Below, piece by piece: positions 25,653 to 38,279 of a DNA stretch of 64,000 nt (positions are counted from its first letter, which is position 1; every line of letters begins with the position of its first letter). The notes beneath the pieces were generated by a model. That model saw only the letters and a list, made by a program, of their open reading frames with translations, was not told where the DNA came from and did no database searches. The DNA lies in contig NC_043000.1 in NCBI RefSeq assembly GCF_006345805.1, positions 113,894,001 through 113,958,000 on the forward strand, given 5' to 3'. Source of the DNA: Octopus sinensis. Its lineage: Eukaryota. The position numbers and the translations under genes are program-made.

Positions 25653-27311
25653 GTAAGATAATCAGACCGGCCCTTGTTGTTTAGCTCTAAGTCATTCTGA
25701 CCCTAGCCGTCCTCCCTTTTCGTATTCGAGGTTTCCAGGATTGCATTAGCCAACGCATTCAGTGAATATTTTTACATGCATTTTATGCGATATTGTGTAA
25801 TTTGAGAGAGATTTGGCTGTTCTTTCAAGCAGATAAAATAACTTTGTAGGGGCACATAAAAGAACATTGTTATTACTGTAGCTCAGCTGCCTCTCAGCCC
25901 TGACACACAGACCTGTGTCCTAACCATGGCCATCCTGTCTTACTGCTAATAAGAAACTGCATTATATATGTCCTTTTATTTAAAATTGTACAGGCGCAGC
26001 AGTGGCTGTGTGGTAAGTAGCTTGCTTACCAACCGTATGGTTCCGGGTTCAGTCCCACTGCCTGGCACCTTGGGCAAGTATTTGGGAGGGCATGCAACCA
26101 TTGAAACCCTCGAGCCCAGTGCAACTCTCCGGCTTAACCAACTTTGGTCGAACCATCCAACACATGCCAGCATGGAAAACAGATGCCATGTGATGATGAT
26201 GATGATGATGATGATGATAATGATTCAAGGATGTGTGTGTGTGTGTATTTTGTGGAAGTGCTAGACAAGCAAGTGTTAAAATGGCTGAGAGGATAAATCC
26301 CTGTGGTACCCTATTTTGGAAGTTGCAGATTCATTAGGTGGCGGTGGTGGTGGTGCAGATAGCGCAGGCGGCGGCAGCGGTGCAAATAATTGATGTTGAT
26401 GTAGTGGTTGCAGGGGATGGGGGACGTATCGGAGGTTGGTAATTCAAAATGTTGTGGTGCAGGTGTTAGTATCTGATGTTGTTGTTCGTAATGGCTACAC
26501 CTCACATCAGTGGTTGTGGAGACGGTGGTGAAGCAGTGGTGGTTGCAGAGGTTGTGGTGTTGAAGGTGGATGGGTGGGTGGCGTAGGGTGGAAGTGGTGA
26601 TGATGATGATGATGATGATGATGATGTACTTGCTCATGTAAATGTTGTGTGTGTGTGTGCGCGTGTATGTGTGTGTGAGTGTGTGTCCGCTACCACCACC
26701 AGCGATCCAGATTCCAGGCTGGGTCACAGCAGACAGCTGTTTGGTGGTGGGGGGGTGTTTATCTTAACAGGTTTATTTCAGTCTCAAACAACTCCCCCAC
26801 ACACACACTCCATACACAACCCCTACCCGTCCCCCATACCCCACCCATGTTCCTCTACATTCCACCCCAACCATCCCCACCCAATGCCACCCAGATTCTA
26901 TGTGTGTGTCTGTGTGTCTGTCTATCTCTCTTCCACTTGTTACCTCTGTTCACTCCTCCCCACCCCGTTTTTTTTATCTATCGCCCCTATCGCCACCACC
27001 GTCACTCCCAGCAAAGCCCACACCCCACCTCCCACCGCCACCCATTACTGGTGAACACCTCTGAAGCATTCATGGTCACCATGACCACAACCACCGTCAC
27101 ACCACTGCAGCTACAGCCACTTTCACCACCACCGACATCACCAATAGCACCACAGCCACCGCCAACTCCGCCATCGCCGTCATCATCACCACCACCACCA
27201 CCACCATCCCAACCACATACCAGGATCATATCTACACAGTTTCACTTTTTTTCTGTGAATAAATAGATTCGAGAGATGGGGGGGGGGTAGAGTGAAAGAA
27301 CCAAGAAGGGG

Positions 27312-27358
<47 letters not shown>

Positions 27359-28354
27359 TATAATGAGAGAAAAGAAGCAGTGTATAAGAGAAAGAACACG
27401 TATATGCGGTGGTGGTGGTGGTGGTGGCTGGAGGGAAATGTAGAAATTAAAGAGAGGAGGGGGAGATAATTAGCGATGAAAGGGAGATAACCTAAGACAA
27501 AGCAGGAGGAGATAGTCATAAACACACTCCTACATATTCGGCTTGCTTGTTTCAGTCATTTGACTGCGGCCATGCTGGAGCACTGCCTTTAAATCGAAGA
27601 AATCACCCCCCACTCCTTGACTTGTTCTTTGTCAGCTTAGTGCTTATTTTATCTGTCTCTTCTGCTGAACAGCTAAGTTACGGGTACGTAATCACACCAA
27701 TATCGGTCGTCAAATGATGGTGAGGGGATGACAGACACAAACGCACACACTGTCTACCAAATACCCTCACAAAGCTTTGGCCGGCCCGAGGCTATAGTAG
27801 AAGAAACTTGCCCCAGGTGCCGTGATGATGATGATGATGTTGTTTGAGATTAGATATTAAAAAATTTAAAAAACCCAAAAGAATATGTCCTGCTGTGGAT
27901 GTAAGCACCTCAGGAGAAAGAAAACATCTATGGAACATAAATGAAGGGCATATAAATCTGGGGCCCAAAATATGGACTCGAGCAGTGTGAAATAAAGGTG
28001 TTGTGTTTAAGGTCACATCACATCACCAGGTATTGAACTCACAGCCTTACAGATGTGAGCCCAGCACCCTAACCACAAGACCACTACCCTTTACAAGTAT
28101 GGAAAAGTAGACATTGAAGTGATGTTGTGGTGGTCATGGTCATTATGGTGGTGGTGGTAGTGGTGGTGATAGCAGTAGTCGTGGTGGTTATGGTGGTGGT
28201 TGTGGTCATGGTGATGCTCATGGTGGTAGTGGTGGTCGTGGTGGTAGTGGTGGTCATGGTGGTGTTGGTGTTGGTGTTGGTGGGGCTTTACAGAGCTGCT
28301 CATCCTGCTTGAAATAACAGCCAAATTTCCCTAGATATTACTATAAAACAGAAT

Positions 28355-29525
28355 GTCTTATGGTTATGATGATGATGATGGGTGATGGTTATGATGATGA
28401 TGATGATGATGATGATGGGTGATAATGAGTGATGGTTATGATGATGATGATAATGATGATGTGGATGATAATGAGTGATGGTTATGATGATGATGATAAT
28501 GATGATGTGGATGATGGTGGGTGATGATGATTATGAATCAAGACTGATCAGGGCCATACAACAACACCAGGCTGTTTGAGGGGCTAAATGACAAAGATAT
28601 GTAAGAGTGCAGGAAACATGGTAACGTCTATTCCAGGCTAGATTCCTAAAGAACTGGTAATCAATTCCAAATGTTTGTAATTAAATTTCGGTAAAGTGTT
28701 GAAACAGTTTTTTTTCTTTGGAAGCAGTTATATATTACAATTACTTCCTTTTATGGATATCAAAGAATTTCAAAAATCTTTGAGTCTGCTAAAACCGTAC
28801 AGATCTGGAATAAAATAGGGTAATTTGAGAGAAGAATTGGTTGAAGAAATGGAAGAGTCATCATGTTTAGTAGCATTGGATAATTCCTTGGAGTCTTGTG
28901 TTGCAGACTCATATATCAGATCCCTTTTTTTTTTTTTTTGACATATCAACCTTTTGAAAGAGGATCAGACCTAACACTTTTCCAGGCCTTCCCAGACTAG
29001 TGTGATTGATGTGCTTGTTGTTGTTATTGTTATTGCTTAAGACTCAAGTCAGCCCTGATCCATCTAAGGTCACCCGGTGCTTCATTTAAACGTGTGTTTA
29101 GGGACTAGATTATGTAATGTAGACCTAAGCTGTCTAACTCGAGATTCTGAGGGAGATTTTGCAACTATTTCAAGCAGATCAACTGACCACATAGATTTTC
29201 ATGTTGCACATTATATCCTTGTTGGTGTTGTTGTTGTATGGCCCTGATCAGTCTTGATTCATCATCATCACCATCACCCACCATCATCCACATCATCCTT
29301 ATCATCATCATCATAACCATCACGCATTATCACCCATCATCACCCATCATCATCATCATAACCATCATCATCATCATCATCATCACCCATCATCATCATC
29401 ATAATCATCATCATCATCATAACCATCATCATCATCATCATCATCACCCATCATCATCATCATAATCATCATCATCATCATAAGCATCATCATCATCACC
29501 ACCACCACCCATCATCATCATCATA

Positions 29526-29556
<31 letters not shown>

Positions 29557-29600
29557 TCATAACCATCATCACCATCATCATCATCACCATCATCAGTAGC
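28355..29600. repeat. Inverted repeat with (GAT)n/(ATC)n arms and a unique 37-bp core around a spacer of about 650 bp
   Basis: atgaatcaagactgatcagggccatacaacaacacca (28533-28569) versus its reverse complement at 29223-29262. Confidence 0.85.
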
Positions 29601-32519
29601 CATATTTATTAAGTTATCTATTTTAGTCAGGAGGGCATAGTTCCCCTGACCTATTTCAGGGTCTCTGAGACTGGTGGGAGGGAGGAGCAAATCCTCAGAC
29701 CAGAGACCTGGATGGAATATTTGCAAGCAAGTGAACTCTGCTAAAGGGCCCCAAAGTACCTGGTAGTGATGTTAAACTTGGCAATGGATTATGCCTGTTG
29801 CCCAAATAGGTCACAACAAAAGGGTTCAAATTCAGATTGCATAAAACCAAAATAAATAGCACAAGGTACTGCTTTCAATGCTCAAATGTTTCCACTAGTT
29901 CACCACTAGATGGCTACTTTATTTATCAACACCAGAAGGATGAAAGATGAAGTTGACCTCGGCAGCATTTGAACTCAGAATTCCAGCTTTGGAATAAATA
30001 CTGCTGGGCATTTTGTATGATGCTTAAATGACTGCTTGTTTGCTGTCTTATTAGAAGCACTCCATCAATTATCATTTTGTCTTCTATTCAGACATAGTAT
30101 ACCTTGGATTAATTTATCTAATGTACATCTTTCTGTTGTTTCTTTTGTTTATCATTATTTTTTTAATTTCTGTTTTATATCCGTAACTTAGCGGTTCGGC
30201 AAAAAAGACCAATAGAATAAGTACTAGGCTTACAAAGTCCTGGGGTCGATTTGTTCGACTAAAGGCGGTGCTCCAGCATGGCCTCAGTCAAACGACTGAA
30301 ACAAGTAAGAGAATAAATCCTATACTTATTTTTAGCAAGTGTATATATAAAATCACACACACACACACACACACCTGATGTAAATGGTTTAATAAATAAA
30401 ATCATATACTAGACTCACAAAGAACACCTTTCAGGAAAGATTCATGTAACATATAATTTTATTCAGAGATAGAAGCAGATGCAATGTGACATCATTATCC
30501 AAATTTCTATGGAGTCTTTAGGACTATGAAGTGACTAATCTACTCATAAAGTAGGGTATTGTAGTTTTTAAAAGCAATGAATATACTGAACAAGGTAGGC
30601 GTTTTAACCTCTGCATTACAGACAAATCAAAAGCATTGACAGTAAATAAAGGAAAAAAAAGACATATTCTCCTTGCTTACACAAAAGGCATTTCAAATTA
30701 CAAAATTTAAAAAACATGTCCATTTCTATTGAAAAACATACCAAATTCACTACTATAACTACCCATTACCCCCACCACCACCACCACACTAACAACTATT
30801 AAACAAAACTTCTATCTATTACTCAAATACTCCACAATATGCAAAACTATGATAATGCTGCAACTGTGAGTGTGGTTGATACCAGTGCTGCCTGACTGGT
30901 CCTGTGCTGGTGGCATGTAAAATGCACCATTTGAGCATGGTCATTGCCAGTGCTGCCTGACTGGCTTCTGTGCCAGTGGTACATAAAAAGCTCCATTTGA
31001 GCATAGACGATGCCAGTGCCGGCTGATTAGTCCCATGCTGGTGGCATGTAAAAAAGCACCATTTGAGCATGGTCATTGCCAGTGCCACCTGACTGGCCCT
31101 CGTGCCAGTGGTACATAAAAAGCACCCACTACACTTTTGGAAGGGCATTAGGAAGGGCATCCAGCTGTAGAAACTTTGCCAGATTGGTTTGGAGTGTGGT
31201 GCAGCCTTCTTGCTTGCCAGCCCTCAGTCAAATCATCCAACCCATGCCAGCATGGAAAGCAGACGTTAAACAATGATGATGATGATGATGATGATGATGC
31301 ATGACTTGCACTTAGAGCTTTAAAGGATAAACCCCACTACAGTTAATACATTGGATTACTGTTATAATCCATGCTACCATATTCTAGCATTTACATTAAT
31401 ATGAATTACAGAATAATGATGTTACAGCACTAGTGTAGCGAGGGGGAGCGGTAGGGGCGATCCACCCTGGGTGGCACTGGTGCTAGGGCCAAGTAAAAGT
31501 CCCCAGTACACTCTGTAAAGTGGTTGACATTAGGAAGGACATTTCAAAATTATGCCAAAGTGCCAAAGTAGACACTGGAGCTTGGTGCTGCCCTCTAGGT
31601 CACCAGCTCCTGCTAAACAGTCAAGCGCATGCCAGCATGGGTGTTCAATGGTGATGATGATGGTGGTGGTGATGATAATGATGATTAAAAATGAGCAAAA
31701 AATGGGCCTGGATGCAATCATAGAACACCTCTTTCTCTAGTCCCTGCTCATTATATATGCATATCCAGTGCAGCAATTCTATAGCCCCCAAGGCATTATG
31801 CATATGAATTACCAAGATCACAAAATTTCCCTTGAACAGGGCACCAGTGCATTGCTGGGTAACCCAGGGTAACAGCTGAGTGGAATGGAGCAGCATGAAA
31901 GGAAGTGTTTCGCTCTAGAACACAAAGCACTGCATGGTCCAAGAATTGAAACCGTAATCTTGTGATTGTGAGTGCAAAACCCGAAACATTGAGAAACAGG
32001 ACTTTATACTGCAATACCAGCAGCAGAAAGCTCACATATTCATGAAGTACAAATGTTTCAGTGCTGTATTAATTATAATAATCCTTTCTACTAAAGGCAC
32101 AATGCCTGAAATACTGGGGGAGGGGACTAGTGGATTGCACCAACCCTAGTGTTCCATTGGTGCTTAGTTTAATGATTCCAAAAGCAAAGACAACCTCGAC
32201 AGATATTGAACTCAGAACATAAGGACAGAAAAAATACCAGTAAGCATTTGCCTGGTGTGCTAATGATTCTGCCTGGTCAGTGCCTTAGTCCTTTCGTTAC
32301 CAGCCTGGCTGAAACCGGCTCTGGCAAATGTTTTGTTTTCATAAGTCCTGAATTAAAATCTTCAACCAAACCTTAGTTACAATTTATGTTCCTAAAATTA
32401 GCTTAATGATAATTAAGTTATTTTACTAAATTCTGTTTTATATTTAAAATTAATTGAAAGAAATACAGAGCATCTCAACAGAAATATGGTAACAAAAAGG
32501 TAACAGAAACAATTCTTAA

Positions 32520-32741
32520 CCCTTTCGATACCAACCTGGCTGAAACCGCCTCTAGCTCTGTAGTACAAATATTTTGTGTTCATAAGTTTTGAATTAAAGT
32601 CTTCCACCAAACCTTAGTCACAATTTATGTTCCTAACTCTAGCTGAATGATAACTAAGTTATTTTACTAAATTCTTTGTTATATTTAAAATTAGTTGAAA
32701 GAAACAGAGAGCATCTCAAAATAAATACAGTAACGAAAGGG
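32520..32741 (+). mobile_element. piggyBac-like MITE; sister copies at 32290-32500, 50655-50882, 50965-51190, 58950-59175, 59200-59340
   Basis: TTAA-ccctttcgatacc ... gtaacgaaaggg-TTAA: CCC...GGG termini with TTAA on both sides. Confidence 0.8.
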
Positions 32742-33169
32742 TTAAATATTAATTGTAACAATGCAAAAGCATTCTTTAATTCTTGAAACAAAAACAAAAC
32801 ACATGGGAAACAACCAATTCTACAGCTTCTGAATAATTACTTCCCTTTACATACAAACTCTTCTTTTGTCACTTGTCCATTTCACATTCTCTGAAATGTC
32901 ATGCCACTCTCTCACCAGTTAAATTGATGGGGTATTCAACCATTATCCACCCTTTAAATAAACAATTGCGAATATATTCGCATGAAACTTATGGTACTAG
33001 GCCATTGAATTCTGTTTCTATTGAAAGAAAGTATTTTATGCACTAATGTGGTGTTGAAAATTCATTCTTTCAGTCCATCACACATGTTGATATACACATA
33101 CATGTATACACACACACAAACACACACACACACACAAGCACGCACGCACACACATGCACATACATATAC

Positions 33170-33340
33170 ATATATACGACAGGCTTCTTTCAGTTTCTGT
33201 CTACCAAATCCACTCACAAGGCATTGGTTGGCCTGGGGCTATAGCAGAAGACACTTGCCCAAGATGCCACGCAGTGGGACTGAACCCGGAACCATGTGGT
33301 TGGTTAGCAAGCTACTTACCACACAGCCACTCCTGCGCCT
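33170..33340 (-). mobile_element. SINE family A head half
   Basis: Reverse complement of the family A 5' region. Confidence 0.8.
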
Positions 33341-34199
33341 ATGTATATGTGTGTATATATGTACATGAGTAAATATATATATATATATATATATATCATC
33401 ATCATCATTATTCAACATATGTTTTCCATGCTGTCATGGGTTGGACAGTTTGACAGGAACTGACCAACTGAAGAGCTGTCCAAGCTCCATTGTCTGTTTT
33501 GGCATCGTTTTTATGGCTGGAGGTCCTTCTTAACATCAATGCCCCCAAATCTTATGAAATATAGACACCCAGGGTTTCCTAATCAAAACATTACTTTATT
33601 TCGCCCTTTTTCCCAAGACCATTCCTCACTTGCATTCAAAGCAGATGGTAAAATAAATTACTGTTTCAGCTATAAAACCTTAGGTACCTGCATTTCACAA
33701 GACTTGTGGTTTCCTTTATTACATTATTTTTACTCTCTTAGCTAATCAAGTGTTATTCTTCTTGTGGTGATCATTCGGTACTAGTTACGTAACTGTCAGT
33801 TATAAACCCATGTGGGTTTATTTACATTTCTGAAGAAAAAAAGAAACCCTTTACCCCCACCCCTAATCCTAACCCCACATATATAAAAAAAAAAAATTTA
33901 CGGAAAGTGACGATCTTCTTCAAATGTAAACAAATACACGTGATGTAAATGGTACTCATATCGAAAGAATGCCCTTCTTGTTGAATACCTTACCACACAA
34001 TGTATATGTATCTATGGTCATAGGTAGAAATAATGTTTGGTCATAGTTTTACTTGATCAGGCTTGACCAGGAAACAACAACAACAGCAACAACATTATTT
34101 AATTATCTGTTTACAATTACATTTTAAACATGTTTTCATTGTTATACATATTTTCTTCTTTTCTTGTTTGACTGACCTCATCTACCAACCGACTTACAG

Positions 34200-34417
34200 A
34201 GATTAAAACAGATCCGGCCAGTTTCGAAGGAAAAGGCTTGTTCTTCACGGCGAAATTCATCGGGGTCTCTGACGTTGCAGATTTTCGAGGGAACGCCATG
34301 TGTCAGGAGACAATGCAGAAGTTAAAGGCTGCCGTGAAGAGCTCTGGAAAACATAAGTTAAAGATTCTAGTCAACATATCTCTGGAAGGGATTAAGTTGA
34401 TCGAGGAGAAGACAATG
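34200..34417 (+). CDS. Dab: Dab PTB exon (N-terminal half of PTB)
   Basis: Acceptor ttacag at 34199 and donor ATG|GTAAGA at 34418. Translation TDPASFEGKGLFFTAKFIGVSDV...VNISLEGIKLIEEKTM. Confidence 0.95.
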
Positions 34418-34507
34418 GTAAGAAAGAAGTTCCTTTGGACTTACACTTTTTTTTGTTTTATATGCTTTGGTTTATAATCTCACCCTACCACATTAGGAAG
34501 TGTAGTC

Positions 34508-34780
34508 CAGTAGTTCCCAAACATTTTCAGGCTGCCGCCCCCTTGGGCCCCAGGCCACATTCCTAGCGCCCCAGTCACCCTCCCCACCACAAATATTAGA
34601 CCACTTTCTGCAGCAAATTCAAAACATCTGTATTTCACAAATAAAACTTAAACCTAATTAATCTATTAATATTCATTTTTTTTTTTTACATCTATCACCC
34701 AATTTTGGCCGTCTTATTTTCATCCCACTTTTCTTTAACACCCCACTGGATCCTTCCGCTTCCTACTTTGGGAACCACTG
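34508..34780. mobile_element. hAT-type MITE
   Basis: TIRs cagtagttcccaaa / tttgggaaccactg with a perfect 8-bp TSD GTGTAGTC (34500-34507 and 34781-34788). Confidence 0.88.
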
Positions 34781-34844
34781 GTGTAGTCCATCTTTAAAAT
34801 CTGTGGCCAGACCCGACATTGCCCTCTTTACTCTTTTACTCTTT

Positions 34845-35205
34845 TAATTGTTTCAGTCATTTGACTGTGGCCATGCTGGAGCACTGTCCTTAGTCGAGCA
34901 AATCGACCCCAGGACTTATTCTTTGTAAGCCTAGTACTTATTCTATCGGTCTGTTTTGCCGAACCGCTAAGTTATGGGGACATAAACACACCAGCATCGG
35001 TTGTCAAGCGATGTTGTGGACACACACATACACACACACAAATATATATATACATATATATGATGGGCTTCTTTCAGTTTCCGTCTACCAAATCCACTCA
35101 CAAGGCTTTGGTCAGCCCGACGCTATAGTAGAAGACACTTGCCCAAGGTGCCACGTCGTGGGACTGAACCCAGAACCATGTGGTTACAACCACTCCTGCG
35201 CCTAT
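34845..35205 (-). mobile_element. SINE family A
   Basis: Reverse complement of the family A consensus. Confidence 0.85.
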
Positions 35206-35639
35206 TATTTGGGGGTTTTTTTTTACGTCTATCATCTGATTTTGGCCACCTTATTATCATCCCACTTTTCTTCAACACCCTGCTGGATCCTTCCACTGCC
35301 CACTTTGGGAACCACTGGTGTAGTCCATCTTTAAAATTTGTGGCCAGACCCAACCTTGCCCTTCATAGCATCATCTGTATATTCCTCTTTCAGTGTCAGC
35401 TTTGTTCCAATGTACCATTCTCCATCAACATTACTGTTAAAAGTATGAAATGTGGTCTTTTACTGTGTTAATATTATTAAATTCATGAAATATGGCAGAA
35501 AGTGTAGAAGATTAGAAACCGAATCGACAAATTACCAAGTAAAAGACACAGCTTAGTAACAGCCATTTTGTGTGGTTGGCTGATTAACTGACCAATCAGC
35601 ATCAAGCCATCACATGATGCATCCTTCTAGGACCTTACT

Positions 35640-35847
35640 CTTTTGCTTGTATCAGTCATTTAACTGTGGCCATGCTGGAGCACCGCTTTTAGTCGAGCAA
35701 ATCAACCCCAGGACTTATTCTTTGTAAGCCTAGTACTTATTCTATCAGTCTCTTTTGTCGAACTGCTAAGTTACGGGGACGTAAACACACCAGCATCGGT
35801 TGTCAAGTGACATTGGGGGACAAACACAGACACACAAACAGACACAA

Positions 35848-35889
<42 letters not shown>

Positions 35890-36070
35890 ACACATATATA
35901 TATACATATATATGATGGGCTTCTTTCAGTTTCTGTCTACCAAATCCACTCACAAGGCTTTGGTCGACCCGAGGCTATAGTAGAAGACACTTGCCCAAGG
36001 TGCCATGCAGTGGGACTGAACCTTGATCCATGTGGTTGGTAAGCAGGCTACTTACCACACAGCCACTCCA
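35640..36070 (-). mobile_element. SINE family A, full length
   Basis: Reverse complement of the family A consensus. Confidence 0.85.
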
Positions 36071-36477
36071 AGGCTTATAAATAGATGAGTTTTGGGTACC
36101 AAATTTCAGAATGTGGGAAATTGTCACCATGGAAACCACATTCTCATTTCTCAGTATTAAACAGTTGTTTTAACAAATTCTTATCCAACTGAGTGGACAG
36201 CAACTACAGTAGTAAAAAATGGTAGAGACCCTCTTCAGTCACGAATGACCATGGGATTGCACCTAGAAAGTTCCAAATCTTGAAAGGTACAAATCTTGGC
36301 AAGGTTGCTTATGGAAGACCAGCAGTCACCCTTGCATACCAGACTCCTGTCTCTGTGCCACTGATGTTATCCAAGGGAAAGGCAAAGACTTGGTAATGGT
36401 GGCATCACAACTCATATCTACAGCTGAGGAAACTGGAGCAACATGAAATGGATGGAATTGGGGTGATATCGTTAAAA

Positions 36478-36960
36478 GTGACATGTGGCTGTGGTGATAT
36501 GTGACATGTGACTGTGACACGTGACATATGGCCATAACATGATGTGTGGCTGTGACATATAACATGTGACTGTGATGATATTTGACATGTGGCAGTGACA
36601 TATACGTGATATGTGGTTTAATAGTATTTATATGTATTTGAGTATAAATAGGTTATTTAATTTTATTGATTAGTGAAATTTATATTATTTAATAGTATTT
36701 ACTGTTATGTATATGTTGTTATTATTAATATTATTTATATTTAATGATGTTTATTATATGACATGTGACTGTGATGATATGTGACATGTAGCTGTGACAC
36801 GTGACAGTGATGATATGTGACATGGGTGTGATGATACGTGATGTGGGTGTGATGATATGTGACATGGGTGTGATATGTGACATGGCTGTGATGATATGTG
36901 ACATGTGGCTGTGATGATATGTGACATGAGGCTGTGGTGATATGTGACATGTGGCTGTGT
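36478..36960 (+). repeat. 23-bp minisatellite (gtgatgatatgtgacatgtggct) in two blocks
   Basis: Blocks at 36478-36615 and 36757-36960, ending about 50 bp before the Dab acceptor at 37008. Confidence 0.88.
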
Positions 36961-37008
36961 TGATAATGATGATATTGTTAAAATGATAAAATATCTCTTT
37001 TATTTCAG

Positions 37009-37143
37009 GCTGTGAACTATGAACATATTGTAAGTCGAATTTCATTTATTTCAATTGACACTACGGATTCCAGGGCTTTTGGCTACGTCTTTGAACCAGG
37101 AGATGGCACCCACAAATTCTTTGCAATCAAAACTGAGAAGTCG
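37009..37143 (+). CDS. Dab: Dab PTB exon (central)
   Basis: tatttcag|GCT...TCG|gtgagt; 135 nt, 45 codons, AVNYEHIVSRISFISIDTTDSRAFGYVFEPGDGTHKFFAIKTEKS. Confidence 0.95.
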
Positions 37144-37199
37144 GTGAGTGTATATAAATGTACATAATGTAGACATAATAATCCTTTCTATTATAGACA

Positions 37200-37520
37200 C
37201 AAGGCAACTTGTACTTAATTTATCAACCCCGAAAGGATGAAAGGTAAAGGTGACCTCGGTGGAATTTGAACTCAGAACGTAACAATGGGCAAAATACCTA
37301 TTTCTTTACTACCCACTAGGGGCTAAACACAGAGGGGACAAACAAGGACAGACAAACAGATTAAGTCGATTATATCGACCCCAGTGCATAACTGGTACTT
37401 ATTTAATCGACCCCGATAGGATGAAAGGTAAAGGTGACCTCGGTGGAATTTGAACTCAGAACGTAAGGATGGGCAAAATACCACTAGGCATTTCGTCCAT
37501 AATGCTAACAATTCTTAACG
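37200..37520 (-). mobile_element. Dimeric SINE family B variant; similar dimer at 52520-52930
   Basis: Internal duplication with the junction caaaatacctatttctttactacccac at both loci. Confidence 0.75.
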
Positions 37521-38243
37521 TATACATAAAAATGATTATAAATACTTTTAGCCCAAGGTCTCGAGAGGTGGATGGAGTACATAGGCCTATCTTTTCTCCC
37601 TCAGTAATTGACTGGAACTTCTCTTTATTGACCCTGGGGGAATAAAAGGTGAAGGGAATTGGTGCGATTTGAACTCATTATATAAATGGTTATAACTAAA
37701 TACCACAAAACAGTTTTGCTGTTGCACCACTGATTCTACCAGTTCACCGCTATTATAATAATAAATGGTTTATTTCTTTTATCCTTTACTTAGACTGCGG
37801 CCATGCTGGGGCACTGTTTTGAAGAATAGTTAGTCAAAGGAATTGAGCCCTTGTACTTATTATTTTCTTTTTAAACTTTGTACTTATTCTGTCAGTGTTT
37901 TTTGCTGAACTGCCAAGTTACAGGGATGTAAACAAACTAACACTGGTTGTCAAGTGGTGGGGGGAGGAACAAAGACGCACACACACATACACACTCACAC
38001 ACACACACAAACATGTACACACACACATACAGACACATCTTCACACATATTTGCAAACACATTCCGTTGCTCTCACACAAACACACATATACTCTCACAC
38101 ATACTCTCACAAACACACACAATCAAATACACACACAAACACGTACACACACACATACAGTCCCATCTTCACACACACATGCAAGCACTCTCAGTGGCTC
38201 TCACACAAACACATATTGCATTGCATATACTCTCTCTCCCTCG

Positions 38244-38279
<36 letters not shown>

